Shown one piece after another: positions 26,580 to 38,239 of a DNA stretch of 64,000 nucleotides. Source of the DNA: Anaeramoeba ignava BMAN (taxonomy: Eukaryota > Protista > Anaeramoebae); contig JAPDFW010000011.1 in assembly GCA_028826165.1 (NCBI GenBank), positions 620,001-684,000 of the forward strand, read 5' to 3'. Position numbers and translations under genes: made by a program. Each line of letters begins with the position of its first letter. Position 1 is the first letter of the stretch. Under the pieces are notes generated by a model that saw only the letters and a list, made by a program, of their open reading frames with translations, did not search any database and had not been told where the DNA came from.

Positions 26580-29500
26580 ATGAATTTTAAAAAAATTTAT
26601 AAAATAATTGAAAAAAATGATATTGAACAATTAAAAGAAATTAAAACAATTCCAGAACAAGAAAATCAAGAAAACCGTTTACCAATTTTACATTTTGCAA
26701 TCGAAAAAAATGTTTCAAAAGAAATGATTGAACTCTTAATTTCAAAAGGAATTAATATCAATTCAAAAACAAATCAAAATGAAACTGCTTTACATTATGC
26801 TTGTAAAAATGAAAATATTTCAAGTGATATTATCAAGTTACTTATTGAAAAAGGGATTGATGTTAATTCAAAAACAAATCGAAATGAAACTGCTTTACAT
26901 CTTATTTGCCAAAAGGAAAATAAATCAATTGAGATTATCAAGTTACTTATTGAAAAAGGAATTGATATTAATTCAAAAACAATTCAAAATAAAACTGCTT
27001 TACATATTGCTTGCAAAGATAAAAACATTTCAATTGAAATTATCAAATTACTTGTTGAAAAAGGAATTAATATTAATTCAAAAACAAATTATTGGAATGA
27101 AACTGCTTTACATTTTGCTTGTAAAAATCAAAAATCAATTGAAGTGATTAAGTTTCTTATTGAAAAAGGAATTGATATTAATTCAAAAACAATACAAAAT
27201 AAAACTTTCTTTCATTTTGCTTGTGAAAATCCAAATATTTCTATTGAGATTATGAAATTTCTCATTGAAAAAGGAATTGATAGTAATGCAAAAACCATAA
27301 GAAATGAAACTGCTTTACATTTTGCTTGCGGAAATGAAAATATATCAATTCAAATTATCAAATTTCTTATTGAAAAAGGAATTGATATTGATGAAAAAAC
27401 AATACAAAACGAAACTGCTTTACATTTTGCTTGTAAAAATCCAAACATTTCAATTCAAATTATCAAATTTCTTATTGAAAAAGAAGTTGATATTGATGCA
27501 AAAACAAATTCTTGGAATCAAACAGCTTTGCTTATTTTCTGTCAAAATAAAAATCTTTCATTTGAAATTATCAAATTACTTATTGAAAACGGAGCGGATA
27601 TTAATTCAAAAACAAATGATAATAAAACTGTTTTACATTATGCTTGTCAAAATCCAAAAATATCAATTGAAATTATCAAATTACTTGTTGAAAAAGGAAT
27701 TGATATTAATTCAAAAACAAATTATTTATATGAAACTGCTTTACATATTGCTTGTAAAAATCCAAATATTTCACTTGATATTATCAAATTACTTATTGAA
27801 AAAGAAATTGATATTAATTCAAAAACAAATCAAAATGAAACTGCTTTACATATTGCTTGCCAAAATCCAAATATTTCACTTGAAATTATCAAGTTACTTA
27901 TTGAAAAAGGAATTGATATTAATTCAAAAACAAAGAAAATGGAAACTGCTTTACATTTTGCTTGTAAAAATGAAAATATTTCAATTGAAATTATCAAATT
28001 TCTTATTGAAAAAGGAATTGATATTAATGCAAAAACAAATCAAAACGAAACTGCTCTACATATTATTTGCCAAAATAAAAATATTTCACTTGAAATTGTC
28101 AAATTTCTTATTGAAAATGGAATTGATATTAATTCAAAAACAAACAGATATGAAAATGCTTTACATATTCTTTGTCGAAAAAATAGATTTGATATTCAAA
28201 AATTACTTATTGAAAAAGGGATAAATATTAATGAAAAAAATCAAGATGAAGAAACACCACTATTTATTGTTTGTGGAGAGAATTTATCATTTGAAATGAT
28301 TAAATACTTAATTTCCAAAAAAGCTGATGTTAATACCAAAAACAAATTCCAAAACACACCATTAGTGGTTGCTTGTCAAAAAAATTTAATCGAAATTGCA
28401 AAAATTCTTATTGAAAACGGAGCTGATGTTAACATAATGAACAACGAAAGAAAATCATTATTACATATTGCTTGTCAAAATGAAAATGTTTCAATTGAAA
28501 TTATCAAATATCTTTTTGAAAAAGGAATTGATATTAATTCAAAAACAAATCAAAATGAAACTGCTTTACATCTTGCTTGTCAAAATCCAAACATTTCACT
28601 TGAAATTATCAAGTTACTTATTGAAAAAGGAATTGATATCAATTCAAAAACAAATCAAAATGAAAATGCTTTACATTATGTTTGTCAAAATAAGAACATT
28701 TCAATTGAAATTATCAAATTATTTCTTGAAAATGGAATTGATATTAATTCAGAAACAAATAATGATCAAAATGCTTTACATCTTGCTTGTAAAAATGAAA
28801 ATATTTCAATTGAAATTATCAAGTTACTTATTGAAAAAGGAATTAATATTAATGCAAAAACAAATCAAAATGAAACTGCTTTACATCTTGCTTGTCAAAA
28901 TCCAAACATTTCACTTGAAATTATCAACTTATTTCTTGAAAATGGAATTGATATTAATGCAAAAATAAATAATTATGAAACTGCTTTACATTTTGCTTGT
29001 AAAAATGAAAATATTTCACTTGAAATTATCAAATTACTTATTGAAAAAGGAATTGATATTAATGCAAAAACAAATAATGATCAAAATGCTTTACATCTTG
29101 CTTGTAAAAATAAGAACATTTCAATTGAAATTATCAAATTACTTATTGAAAAAGAAATTGATATTAATGCAAAAACAAATAATGATCAAAATGCTTTACA
29201 TATTGCTTGCCAAAATGAAAATATTTCATTTGAAATTATCAAGTTACTTATTGAAAAAAGAATTGATATTAATGCAAAAACAAATCAAAATGAAACTGCT
29301 TTACATCTTGCTTGTCAAAATCCAAACATTTCAATTGAAATTATCAAATTATTTCTTGAAAATGGAATTGATATTAATGCAAAAACAAATAATGATCAAA
29401 ATGCTTTACATCTTGCTTGCCAAAATAAGAATATTTCACTTGAAGTTATCAAATTACTTATTGAAAAAGGAATTGATATTAATGCCATACCAATGTTCAA

Positions 29501-30431
29501 TCAAACAGCTCTTGGTGTTTCAATCCAAAAACAAAATTTAGAACTATTCAAATTATTATTAATGAATAATGCAAATATTTATGCTTTACCAAAATATCAA
29601 GTCTCTAAAGAATTAATTCAATCATTTTCAAAAATTCATTCAATTAATCAAGATTTAAACAATTTATTAAAATCAAATGAAGATAATTTATCTGATTTAG
29701 AAATTGAATCAAATAATAATTTCAAATTTAAAGTTCATAAATTAATTTTATTAACAAGATTTAACAATAATCAATCAATTTTACAAAAATTTATCAATAT
29801 TTGTAAATCAAAATCAAAAGAAGAAGTTCAAATTATTTTAAATTTCATTTATTCAGGATTTTTTGATTATGATAAAATTATTGAAAATTTAAATGAAATA
29901 TCAAATCCAAAACAAGGATTATTTCAAACAAAAGAAAATAAATATAAAGAAGAAGAAAAAGAAAAAGAAAAACAAATTGAAGAATTTTTCAAAGAAATTG
30001 GATTTGATTCAAATTGGATTAAAACTAAAAAAGGAAGAAAAGGAATATTAAAAGATTTTCAAAAATTATATGAAGAAAATGAAATTAAAAAAGATTTTAC
30101 AATAATTATTGAAGAAAAAGAAATTAAAGTTCATAAATTAATATTATTTTTAAGAAGTGAATTATTTAAAGGAATGTTTTTAAGTGTTAATGATTCATCT
30201 AATCAAGTTCATGATTATTCAGAAAAATCATTTGAAACAATTCAACAATTAATTTATTTTCTTTATTATGATGAATTTGAAGAAAACAAAATTAATCAAA
30301 AAATTATTGAAGAATTAGAAGATATTAAAGATTTTTATCAATTAAATCAAAATTCAATAATTGATTTACTTTTAATTGAAGAGAAAAAAAAAAGGAATGA
30401 ACATTTAAACCAAAACAAAAATCAAAATTAA
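26580..30431 (+). CDS. Ankyrin-repeat + tandem BTB protein, copy 2 (about 28 ANK), intact 1283 aa
   Basis: Single intronless ORF with ANK repeats followed by two BTB-like domains. Confidence 0.92.
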   Translation: MNFKKIYKIIEKNDIEQLKEIKTIPEQENQENRLPILHFAIEKNVSKEMIELLISKGININSKTNQNETALHYACKNENISSDIIKLLIEKGIDVNSKTNRNETALHLICQKENKSIEIIKLLIEKGIDINSKTIQNKTALHIACKDKNISIEIIKLLVEKGININSKTNYWNETALHFACKNQKSIEVIKFLIEKGIDINSKTIQNKTFFHFACENPNISIEIMKFLIEKGIDSNAKTIRNETALHFACGNENISIQIIKFLIEKGIDIDEKTIQNETALHFACKNPNISIQIIKFLIEKEVDIDAKTNSWNQTALLIFCQNKNLSFEIIKLLIENGADINSKTNDNKTVLHYACQNPKISIEIIKLLVEKGIDINSKTNYLYETALHIACKNPNISLDIIKLLIEKEIDINSKTNQNETALHIACQNPNISLEIIKLLIEKGIDINSKTKKMETALHFACKNENISIEIIKFLIEKGIDINAKTNQNETALHIICQNKNISLEIVKFLIENGIDINSKTNRYENALHILCRKNRFDIQKLLIEKGININEKNQDEETPLFIVCGENLSFEMIKYLISKKADVNTKNKFQNTPLVVACQKNLIEIAKILIENGADVNIMNNERKSLLHIACQNENVSIEIIKYLFEKGIDINSKTNQNETALHLACQNPNISLEIIKLLIEKGIDINSKTNQNENALHYVCQNKNISIEIIKLFLENGIDINSETNNDQNALHLACKNENISIEIIKLLIEKGININAKTNQNETALHLACQNPNISLEIINLFLENGIDINAKINNYETALHFACKNENISLEIIKLLIEKGIDINAKTNNDQNALHLACKNKNISIEIIKLLIEKEIDINAKTNNDQNALHIACQNENISFEIIKLLIEKRIDINAKTNQNETALHLACQNPNISIEIIKLFLENGIDINAKTNNDQNALHLACQNKNISLEVIKLLIEKGIDINAIPMFNQTALGVSIQKQNLELFKLLLMNNANIYALPKYQVSKELIQSFSKIHSINQDLNNLLKSNEDNLSDLEIESNNNFKFKVHKLILLTRFNNNQSILQKFINICKSKSKEEVQIILNFIYSGFFDYDKIIENLNEISNPKQGLFQTKENKYKEEEKEKEKQIEEFFKEIGFDSNWIKTKKGRKGILKDFQKLYEENEIKKDFTIIIEEKEIKVHKLILFLRSELFKGMFLSVNDSSNQVHDYSEKSFETIQQLIYFLYYDEFEENKINQKIIEELEDIKDFYQLNQNSIIDLLLIEEKKKRNEHLNQNKNQN

Positions 30432-30860
30432 AATTAAAATTAAAATTAAAATTAAAATTAAAATTAAAATCAAAATTAAAATTAAAATTAAAATTTAAAA
30501 TTAAAATTAAAATTAAAATCAAAATTAAAATTAAAATTAAAATTAAAATTAAAATTAAAATTAAAATTAAAATTAAAATCAAAATTAAAATTAAAATTAA
30601 AATTAAAATTAAAATTAAAATTAAAATTAAAATTAAAATTAAAATTAAAATTAAAATTAAAATTAAAATTAAAATCAAAATTAAAATTAAAATTAAAATC
30701 AAAATTAAAATTAAAATCAAAATTAAAATTCATTTAAATAAAAAATCAAAATTAAAATCAAAATTAAAATTAAAATTAAAATTAAAATTAAAATTAAAAT
30801 TAAAATTAAAATTAAAATTAAAATTAAATTAAAATTAAAATTAAAATTAAAATTAAAAAT
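30432..30860. repeat. (aaaatt)n microsatellite spacer between ANK-BTB paralogues (also 26332-26540 and 34187-34375)
   Basis: A hexamer tract starts right at the stop codon of each copy. Confidence 0.9.
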
Positions 30861-30900
30861 CAAAATTTATTTTTCATTTTTTTCATTTTTTTCTTTTAAA

Positions 30901-33900
30901 ATGAGTTTTAAAAAAATTTATAAAATAATTGAAGAAAACGATATTGAACAATTAAAAGAAATTAAAACAATTCCAGAACAAGAAAATAAAAACCCCTTAC
31001 CAATTTTACATTTTGCAATTTCAAAACAAGTTTCAAAAGAAATGATTGAACTTTTACTTTCAAAAAGAATTAATACCAATTCAAAAACAAATCAAAATGA
31101 AACTGCTTTACATTATGCTTGTAAAAATAAGAATATTTCATTTGAAATTATCAAATTACTTATTGAAAAAGGAATTGATATTAATTCAAAAACAAATTCT
31201 TGGAATGAAACTGCTTTACATTATGCTTGTAAAAATAAAAATATTTCACTTGAAATTATCAAGTTACTTATTGAAAAAGGAATTAATATTAATTCAGAAA
31301 CAAGTTATAATAATGGAACTGCTTTACATTATGCTTGCAAAAATCCAAATATTTCATTTGATATTATCAAATTACTTATTGAAAAAGGAATTGATATTAA
31401 TTCAAAAACAATTTATAAATATGAAACTGCTTTACATTATGCTTGTAAAAATAAAAATATTTCAATTGAAATTATCAAATTACTTATTGAAAATGGAATT
31501 GATATTAATTCAGAAACAAAAGATAATGAAACTGCTTTACATTTTGCTTGTAAAAATAAAAATATTTCACTTGAAATTATCAAATTTCTTATTGAAAAAG
31601 GAATTGATATTAATTCAAAAACAAAATACAATGGAACTGCTTTACATATTGTTTGCCAAAATAAGAATATTTCATTTGAAATTATCAAATTTCTTATTGA
31701 AAAAGGAATTGATATTAATTCAAAAACAAATAATAATGAAACTGTTTTACATTATGCTTGCCAAAACACAAATATTTCACTTGAAATTATCAAATTTCTT
31801 ATTTCAAAAGGAATTGATATTAATTCAAAAACAAATAATAATGAAACTGTTTTACATTATGCTTGCCAAAACACAAATATTTCACTTGAAATTATCAAAT
31901 TACTTATTGAAAAAGGTATTGATATTAATTCAAAAACAAATAATAATGAAACTGCTTTACATTATGCTTGCCAAAATAAAAATATTTCACTTGAAATTAT
32001 CAAATTACTTATTGAAAAAGGAATTGATATCAATTCAAAAACAAAATACAGAAACGAAAATGTTTTACATTTTGTTTGTCAAAAAAATATTTCACTTGAA
32101 ATTATCAAGTTACTTATTGAAAAAGGAATTAATATTAATGCAAAAACAAATAATAATGAAACTGCTTTACATTTTATTTGCCAAAATAAAAATATTTCAC
32201 TTGAAATTATCAAATTACTTATTGAAAAAGGGATTAATATTAATTCAAAAACAAAATACAAATATGAAACTGTTTTACATTATGCTTGCCAAAATCCAAA
32301 TATTTCACTTGAAATTATCAAATTACTTATTGAAAAAGGAATTGATATCAATTCAAAAACAAATAATAATGAAACTGCTTTACATATTGTTTGCCAAAAT
32401 AAAAATATTTCATTTGAAATTATCAAATTACTTATTGAAAAAGGAATTGATATTGATGCAAAAAGAAAAACTAATGAAACTGCTTTACATATTGCTTGCC
32501 AAAATCCAAATATTTCAATTGAAATTATCAAATTACTTATTGAAAATGGAATTGATATCAATTCAAAAATAAATAGTAATGAAAATGCTTTACATCTTGC
32601 TTACCAAAATCCAAATATTTCACTTGAAATTATCAAATATCTTATTTCAAAAGGAATTGATATTGAAGCAAAAAGAAATAATAATGAAACTGCTTTGTAT
32701 ATTGCTTGTGAAAAAAAATCAAAAGAAATTGTTGAATTTTTGATATCAAAAGGTGCAAAAAATATAAAAGATGAAACAATTGGAGAAACTTTACATTTAG
32801 TTTCTGGAGATAATTCATTAGAATGGATTAAATTTCTAATTTCAAAAGGAATGAATATTAATTCAAAAAATAGATTTGAAAAAACACCTCTTTATATTGC
32901 TTGTGAAAACAAATCTTCAATCGAAGTTATCAAATTTCTTGTTGAAAACGGAGCTGATATTAATTCAAAAACAGATCAAAATCATACACCTTTACATGTG
33001 TCTTGTAGAAATCGATCATTTGAAATTGTTAAATATCTTATTGAAAATGGAGCTGATGTTAATATAAAAGATAAATATGAAAAACTCCTTTAGCAATGCT
33101 AATTCAAGATTTTTCATCATTTGAAACTCCAATTTTATTGAAACAAATTGGAACTAAATCTAATACTAATGAAAATGAAAATGAAAATGAATATGAAAAT
33201 GAAAATGAAAATGAAAATGAAAATGAATATGAAAATGAAAATGAGAATAAGAGATTTCCTTTTTATTTTTCAATTACAAACAAAAAAAGAAATATAATCA
33301 AATTATTATTAATGAATGATGCAAATATTTATGATTTGCCAGATTCTCAAATCAAGATAGAATTTATCAAATTATTTTCAAAAATTTATTCAATTAATCA
33401 AGATTTAAACAATTTATTAAAATCAAATGAAGATAATTTATTTGATTTAGAAATTGAATCAAATAATAATTTCAAATTTAAAGTTCATAAATTAATTTTA
33501 TTAACAAGATTTAACAATAATCAATCAATTTTACAAAAATTTATCAATATTTGCAAATCAAAAACAAAAGAAGAAGTTCAAATTATTTTAAATTTCATTT
33601 ATTCTGGATTTTTTGATTATGATAAAATTATTGAAAATTTAAATGAAATATCAAATCCAAAACAAGGATTATTTCAAACAAAAGAAAATAAATATAAAGA
33701 AGAAGAAAAAGAAAAAGAAAAAGAAAAACAAATTGAAGAATTTTTCAAAGAAATTGGATTTGATTCAAATTGGATTAAAACTAAAAAAGGAAGAAAAGGA
33801 ATATTAAAAGATTTTCAAAAATTATATGAAGAAAATGAAATTAAAAAAGATTTTACAATAATTATTGAAGAAAAAGAAATTAAAGTTCATAAATTAATAT

Positions 33901-34186
33901 TATTTTTAAGAAGTGAATTATTTAAAGGAATGTTTTAAGTGTTAATGATTCATCTAATCAAGTTCATGATTATTCAGAAAAATCATTTGAAACAATTCAA
34001 CAATTAATTTATTTTCTTTATCATGATGAATTTGAAGAAAACAAAATTAATGAAAAAATTATTGAAGAATTAGAAGATATTAAAGATTTTTATCAATTAA
34101 ATCAAAATTCAATAATTGATTTACTTTTAATTGAAGAGAAAAAAAAAAGGAATGAACATTTAAACCAAAACAAAAATCAAAATTAA
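30901..34186 (+). CDS. Ankyrin-repeat + tandem BTB protein, copy 3 (about 22 ANK); frameshifts near 33082 and 33935
   Basis: ORFs 30901..33093 and 33096..33938 plus a tail nearly identical to copy 2 (IDLLLIEEKKKRNEHLNQNKNQN*). Single-base deletions relative to the paralogues. Confidence 0.85.
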
Positions 34187-34417
34187 AATTAAAATTAAAA
34201 TTAAAATTAAAATTAAAATTAAAATTAAAATTAAAATTAAAATTAAAATTAAAATTAAAATCTAAAATTAAAATTAAAATTAAAATCTAAAATCAAAATC
34301 AAAATTAAAATTAAAATCAAAATTAAAATCAAAATTAAAATCAAAATTAAAATCAAAATCAAAATTAAATTTAAAATTGGATTTCTTTTATTTCTTTTTT
34401 TTTAAAGGAAAAATTTA

Positions 34418-37400
34418 TTAGAATTTGAAATCGTATTTTTCTTTTTTCTTTTTTTTCTTTTTCTTTTTTTCTTTTTCATCAAGTTTTTCTTTTTCTTTTT
34501 CTTTTTCTTTTTCTTCAATAATCATTTCAACTTCTTTTAAATTTTCAATTTCTTTTTGTTGATGAAATTGTTTATTAATAATAATATCATCTTTTTGAAT
34601 TTGAGGAATTTCATAAACATGAGAAGAACCAACAAGTTCTTTTCCAATTTTAGTATTTTTCTCTTCAAGAACAGTATATAAAGTTGGTTCTTCTTTTTGG
34701 ATTGAAGATTTTTGTTTTTTTTCTTCTTCTTGATTTTCTTTATCTTTAATTTTTCCTTTTCTTAAATTAATCATATCAGGTGTTTCAAAACCAATTGGAA
34801 TACTTGTTATTCCTTTTTCAAAAACTTCTGGATTTAAATCTGTTCTTTGTTTTTGTTTTTGTTTTTCTTCTTCTGTTTTTAGTTGTTCTTGATCTTCAAT
34901 TTCTTCATCTTCTTTTTTTTCATCAATATCTTCACTTTCAGATTCACTTTCAGCTAAAATATTATAAATCAAAATTAAAATTAAAAATCAAAAAATCAAA
35001 ATTAAAATCAAAATTAAATCAAATCAAAATTAAAATCAAAATTAAAATCAAAATTAAAATTAAAATCAAAATTATAAATACATTCAGAAACAAATTCCTC
35101 TTCTAATACACCCCAATGTATCTTTTCAATTCCTGTATCAAAATTCTTGAAAAATTTTTGTTTAAATTTAATTTTGTTTAAATTTGTTTTTTTTGGATTA
35201 ATTTTTTGAAAATATAATATAATATAATTAAATATACTTGATCTAATATTTGATTTGGCATATTTCCAAAAACATCACCACCATATAAAGGTCTACCAAA
35301 CTAAAAAAAGTAATATAAATAAATATTTAAATATTTGAATAAATATATAAATAAATATTTGAATAAATATATAAATAAATATTTGAATAAATATATAAAT
35401 AAATATATAAATAAATATATGAATAAATATTTGAATAAATATATAAATAAATATATAAATAAATATATAAATAAATATTTAAATAAATATATAAAAAAAA
35501 TAAATATTTATAAAAAAATATAAAAATAAATAAATATAAAATGAATAAAAAATAAATAAATATGAATAAAAAAAATATAAAAATAAAAAATATAAATAAA
35601 CAACAATATAAAATAAATAAATAAACATAAAATAAAAATATAAAAAAAATAAAATATACATAAATAAATATAAAAAAAAATATAATAAAAAAATAAATAA
35701 TAAATAAATAAATAAAATTTGAAATAAAAAAATAAATAAAATAAATAAATAAATAAAAAATAAAAAAATAAATAAATAAAATAAAATATAAACAAAAATA
35801 TAAATATAAAAATACAACAAAATAAATATATAAATAAATATTTTAACAAAATATAAATAAATATATAAATAAATATAAATATATAAAATAAAAAATATGA
35901 AAAAAATATATAAATAAAAATATAATAATAAAAATTTGAAAATAAATATTTGAATAAATATTTAAAAAAAAAAAAACAAATAAACAAAATATATAAAAAA
36001 ATAAATAAATAAAATATAAACAAAATAAATATAAAAATAAACAAATATAAACAAAAACAAATATATGAAAATAAAAATAAATAAATAAATAATATAAATA
36101 AAATATATAAATAAATATAAAATATATAAATAAAATAAAAAAAAAAAAAAATATATAAATAAAAATTTGAAAAACAAATAAATAAATATTAAAACAAATA
36201 AAAAATAAATAAATAAATAAAAAAAATAAAATAAACAAAAATAAAATAAATAAAATGAAAAATATATGAATAAACAAATAATATAAATAAAAATATTTGA
36301 ATAAATATATAAATAAATATATAAATAAAAAATATATAAAATATAAATAAATATATAAATAAATATATAAATAAATATATAAATAAATATATAAATAAAT
36401 ATATAAATAAATATATAAATAAATATATAAATAAATATATAAATAAATATTTGAATAAATATTTGAATAAATATTTGAATAAATATTTAAATAAATATAT
36501 AAATAAATATAAATAAATATATAAATAAATATTTGAATAAATATTTGAATAAATATTTGAATAAATATTTGAATAAATAAATATTTGAATAAATATATAA
36601 ATAAATATAATTGAATAAATATTTGAATAAATATTTGAATAAATATTTGAATAAATATTAGAAAATTTGAATAAAATTTGAATAAAATTTGAATTAATAA
36701 AATACTTCATCAACTGGACATTTCCCCCAACCACCAGGATGATATCCATATTTAGCACCAACAGGAATAGGAGCATTTAAACCTGGAATTTTTAAATTTG
36801 GATATGAAGGAGGAGGACCATATCTCTGCATATGAATTAACCAAGGAGGTGGTGCTCCTTCAGGCATTCCTAACGCCTCTTTAAGACGCGATGATAACTC
36901 TCCAGGTCTTTTACTTTTATATTTCATTTCTTGCTCCTTTCTTTCATAATATAAATCCCCATGTTTTGTTAAACTGGGTTTTGTTTGATATTTAAAAAAT
37001 GCATCATGAAGTATTTGATAATCAATTTCAATTGTCCCCATTTTCGGTTGGATTTTTTCTCTTCCTTTCTGTTTTAATGTTTTACTATCATCTTTCTCAT
37101 TCAATGATTGTCTAATTTTTGAAATTCCTGTTGCTTCAATAAAATCTGTTGATAAATTTTTTTTTCCAAATTATAAAAAAAATTAATTTCCAATTTTAAA
37201 TATTTCTTTTTTCTTTTTCTTTTCATTTGATTATAATATTGTTTTGAATTTACGTGGAAGTTTAAATGGTGGTTTTAAAAATCCTTTTTTTCCTTGTAGA
37301 TATTTTCTTTTTTGTGACCAATGAGGTGGAACAGGAACTGTATTTCTATAACTTTTTAAATAAATTAATAATCTTGGATCTCTTGAATTTGTATCATGAA

Positions 37401-38087
37401 GCTAATAATTTGTTTTCAATCATCATTACCAAATAAATTCAAATAAACATTCAAAATAAAAAATAAAGATAAGTTGATTAAAATTTGATAAACCAACAAA
37501 ATCAAAAAAATTTTGGTTTTTTTTTGTTTTTCTTTTCTTCTTATTTTTTCCATAACAAATTATTATTTTAGTTGTAAATTTAAATATCAAACCTCAACAA
37601 CTTCTGGTTTTCTAACTAATTGTTTTAATTCTGCAATTGTTAATCTGAAATTTTTTTTGAGTTTTTTTTTTGATATTTTTTCATCATCAGTTAATTTATC
37701 AAAATTATTATCATCATTATCATCACTAATATCATCACTTTCATCATCAGAATTTTCTTTCATTTTATCTTCTTTATCTTTATAATTTTTTTCTTGATTT
37801 TCTTCTAAACTTTCTTGATTAAATTTTTCTAAAATATTTTTAAATGATGGATTATTATAAAAAATTTCCAAATTTAAATTTTGATTTTGATTTTGATTTT
37901 GTTCTTCTTTTGCATTATTTGTTTCTAATTTTTCATTTTGATTTTGATTTTGATTTTGATTTTCTTTTTCATTTTGATTTTCATTTTGATTTTGTTGTTG
38001 TTTTTTTTGAAGTTGTTTTTTTTTTCTTCTTAATTTTCTTTTTAAATTTCTTTTTTGATTTCTTGATAATTTAAATTGATTTTCCAT
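34418..38087 (-). CDS. SF3B2: Splicing factor 3B subunit 2 (SAP145/Cus1); multi-exon
   Basis: [58 protein letters not shown] domain [55 protein letters not shown] and terminal DFKF*. A 1.4-kb repeat-filled intron lies at 35301-36705. Confidence 0.95.
35320..36690. repeat. Intronic 12-bp array (aataaatat[at/tt][a/g]) with degenerate A-rich core
   Basis: Lies inside the SF3B2 intron and produces spurious F/I/Y ORFs. Confidence 0.85.
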
Positions 38088-38239
38088 TTTAAAAAATAAA
38101 GAAAAATGAAAAATGAAAAAAAATGAAAAAAAATTTTTATTTGAAAAAAAAAAATTAGAATGAAAATGAATTAAAAAAAAAATTAGAATGAAAATCAATC
38201 AAAATCAAAAATCAAATCAAATCAAATCAAAATCAAAAT

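Noticed and set aside
23438-33067. Long alternative-frame ORFs (MKLLYILLVK...) over the ankyrin genes
   Set aside because: These are shadows of a repeat unit whose length is a multiple of 3 and which lacks stops in that frame. There is no independent coding signal.
35335-36776. Hydrophobic F/I/Y-rich 'membrane protein' ORFs
   Set aside because: They lie within the repeat-filled SF3B2 intron.
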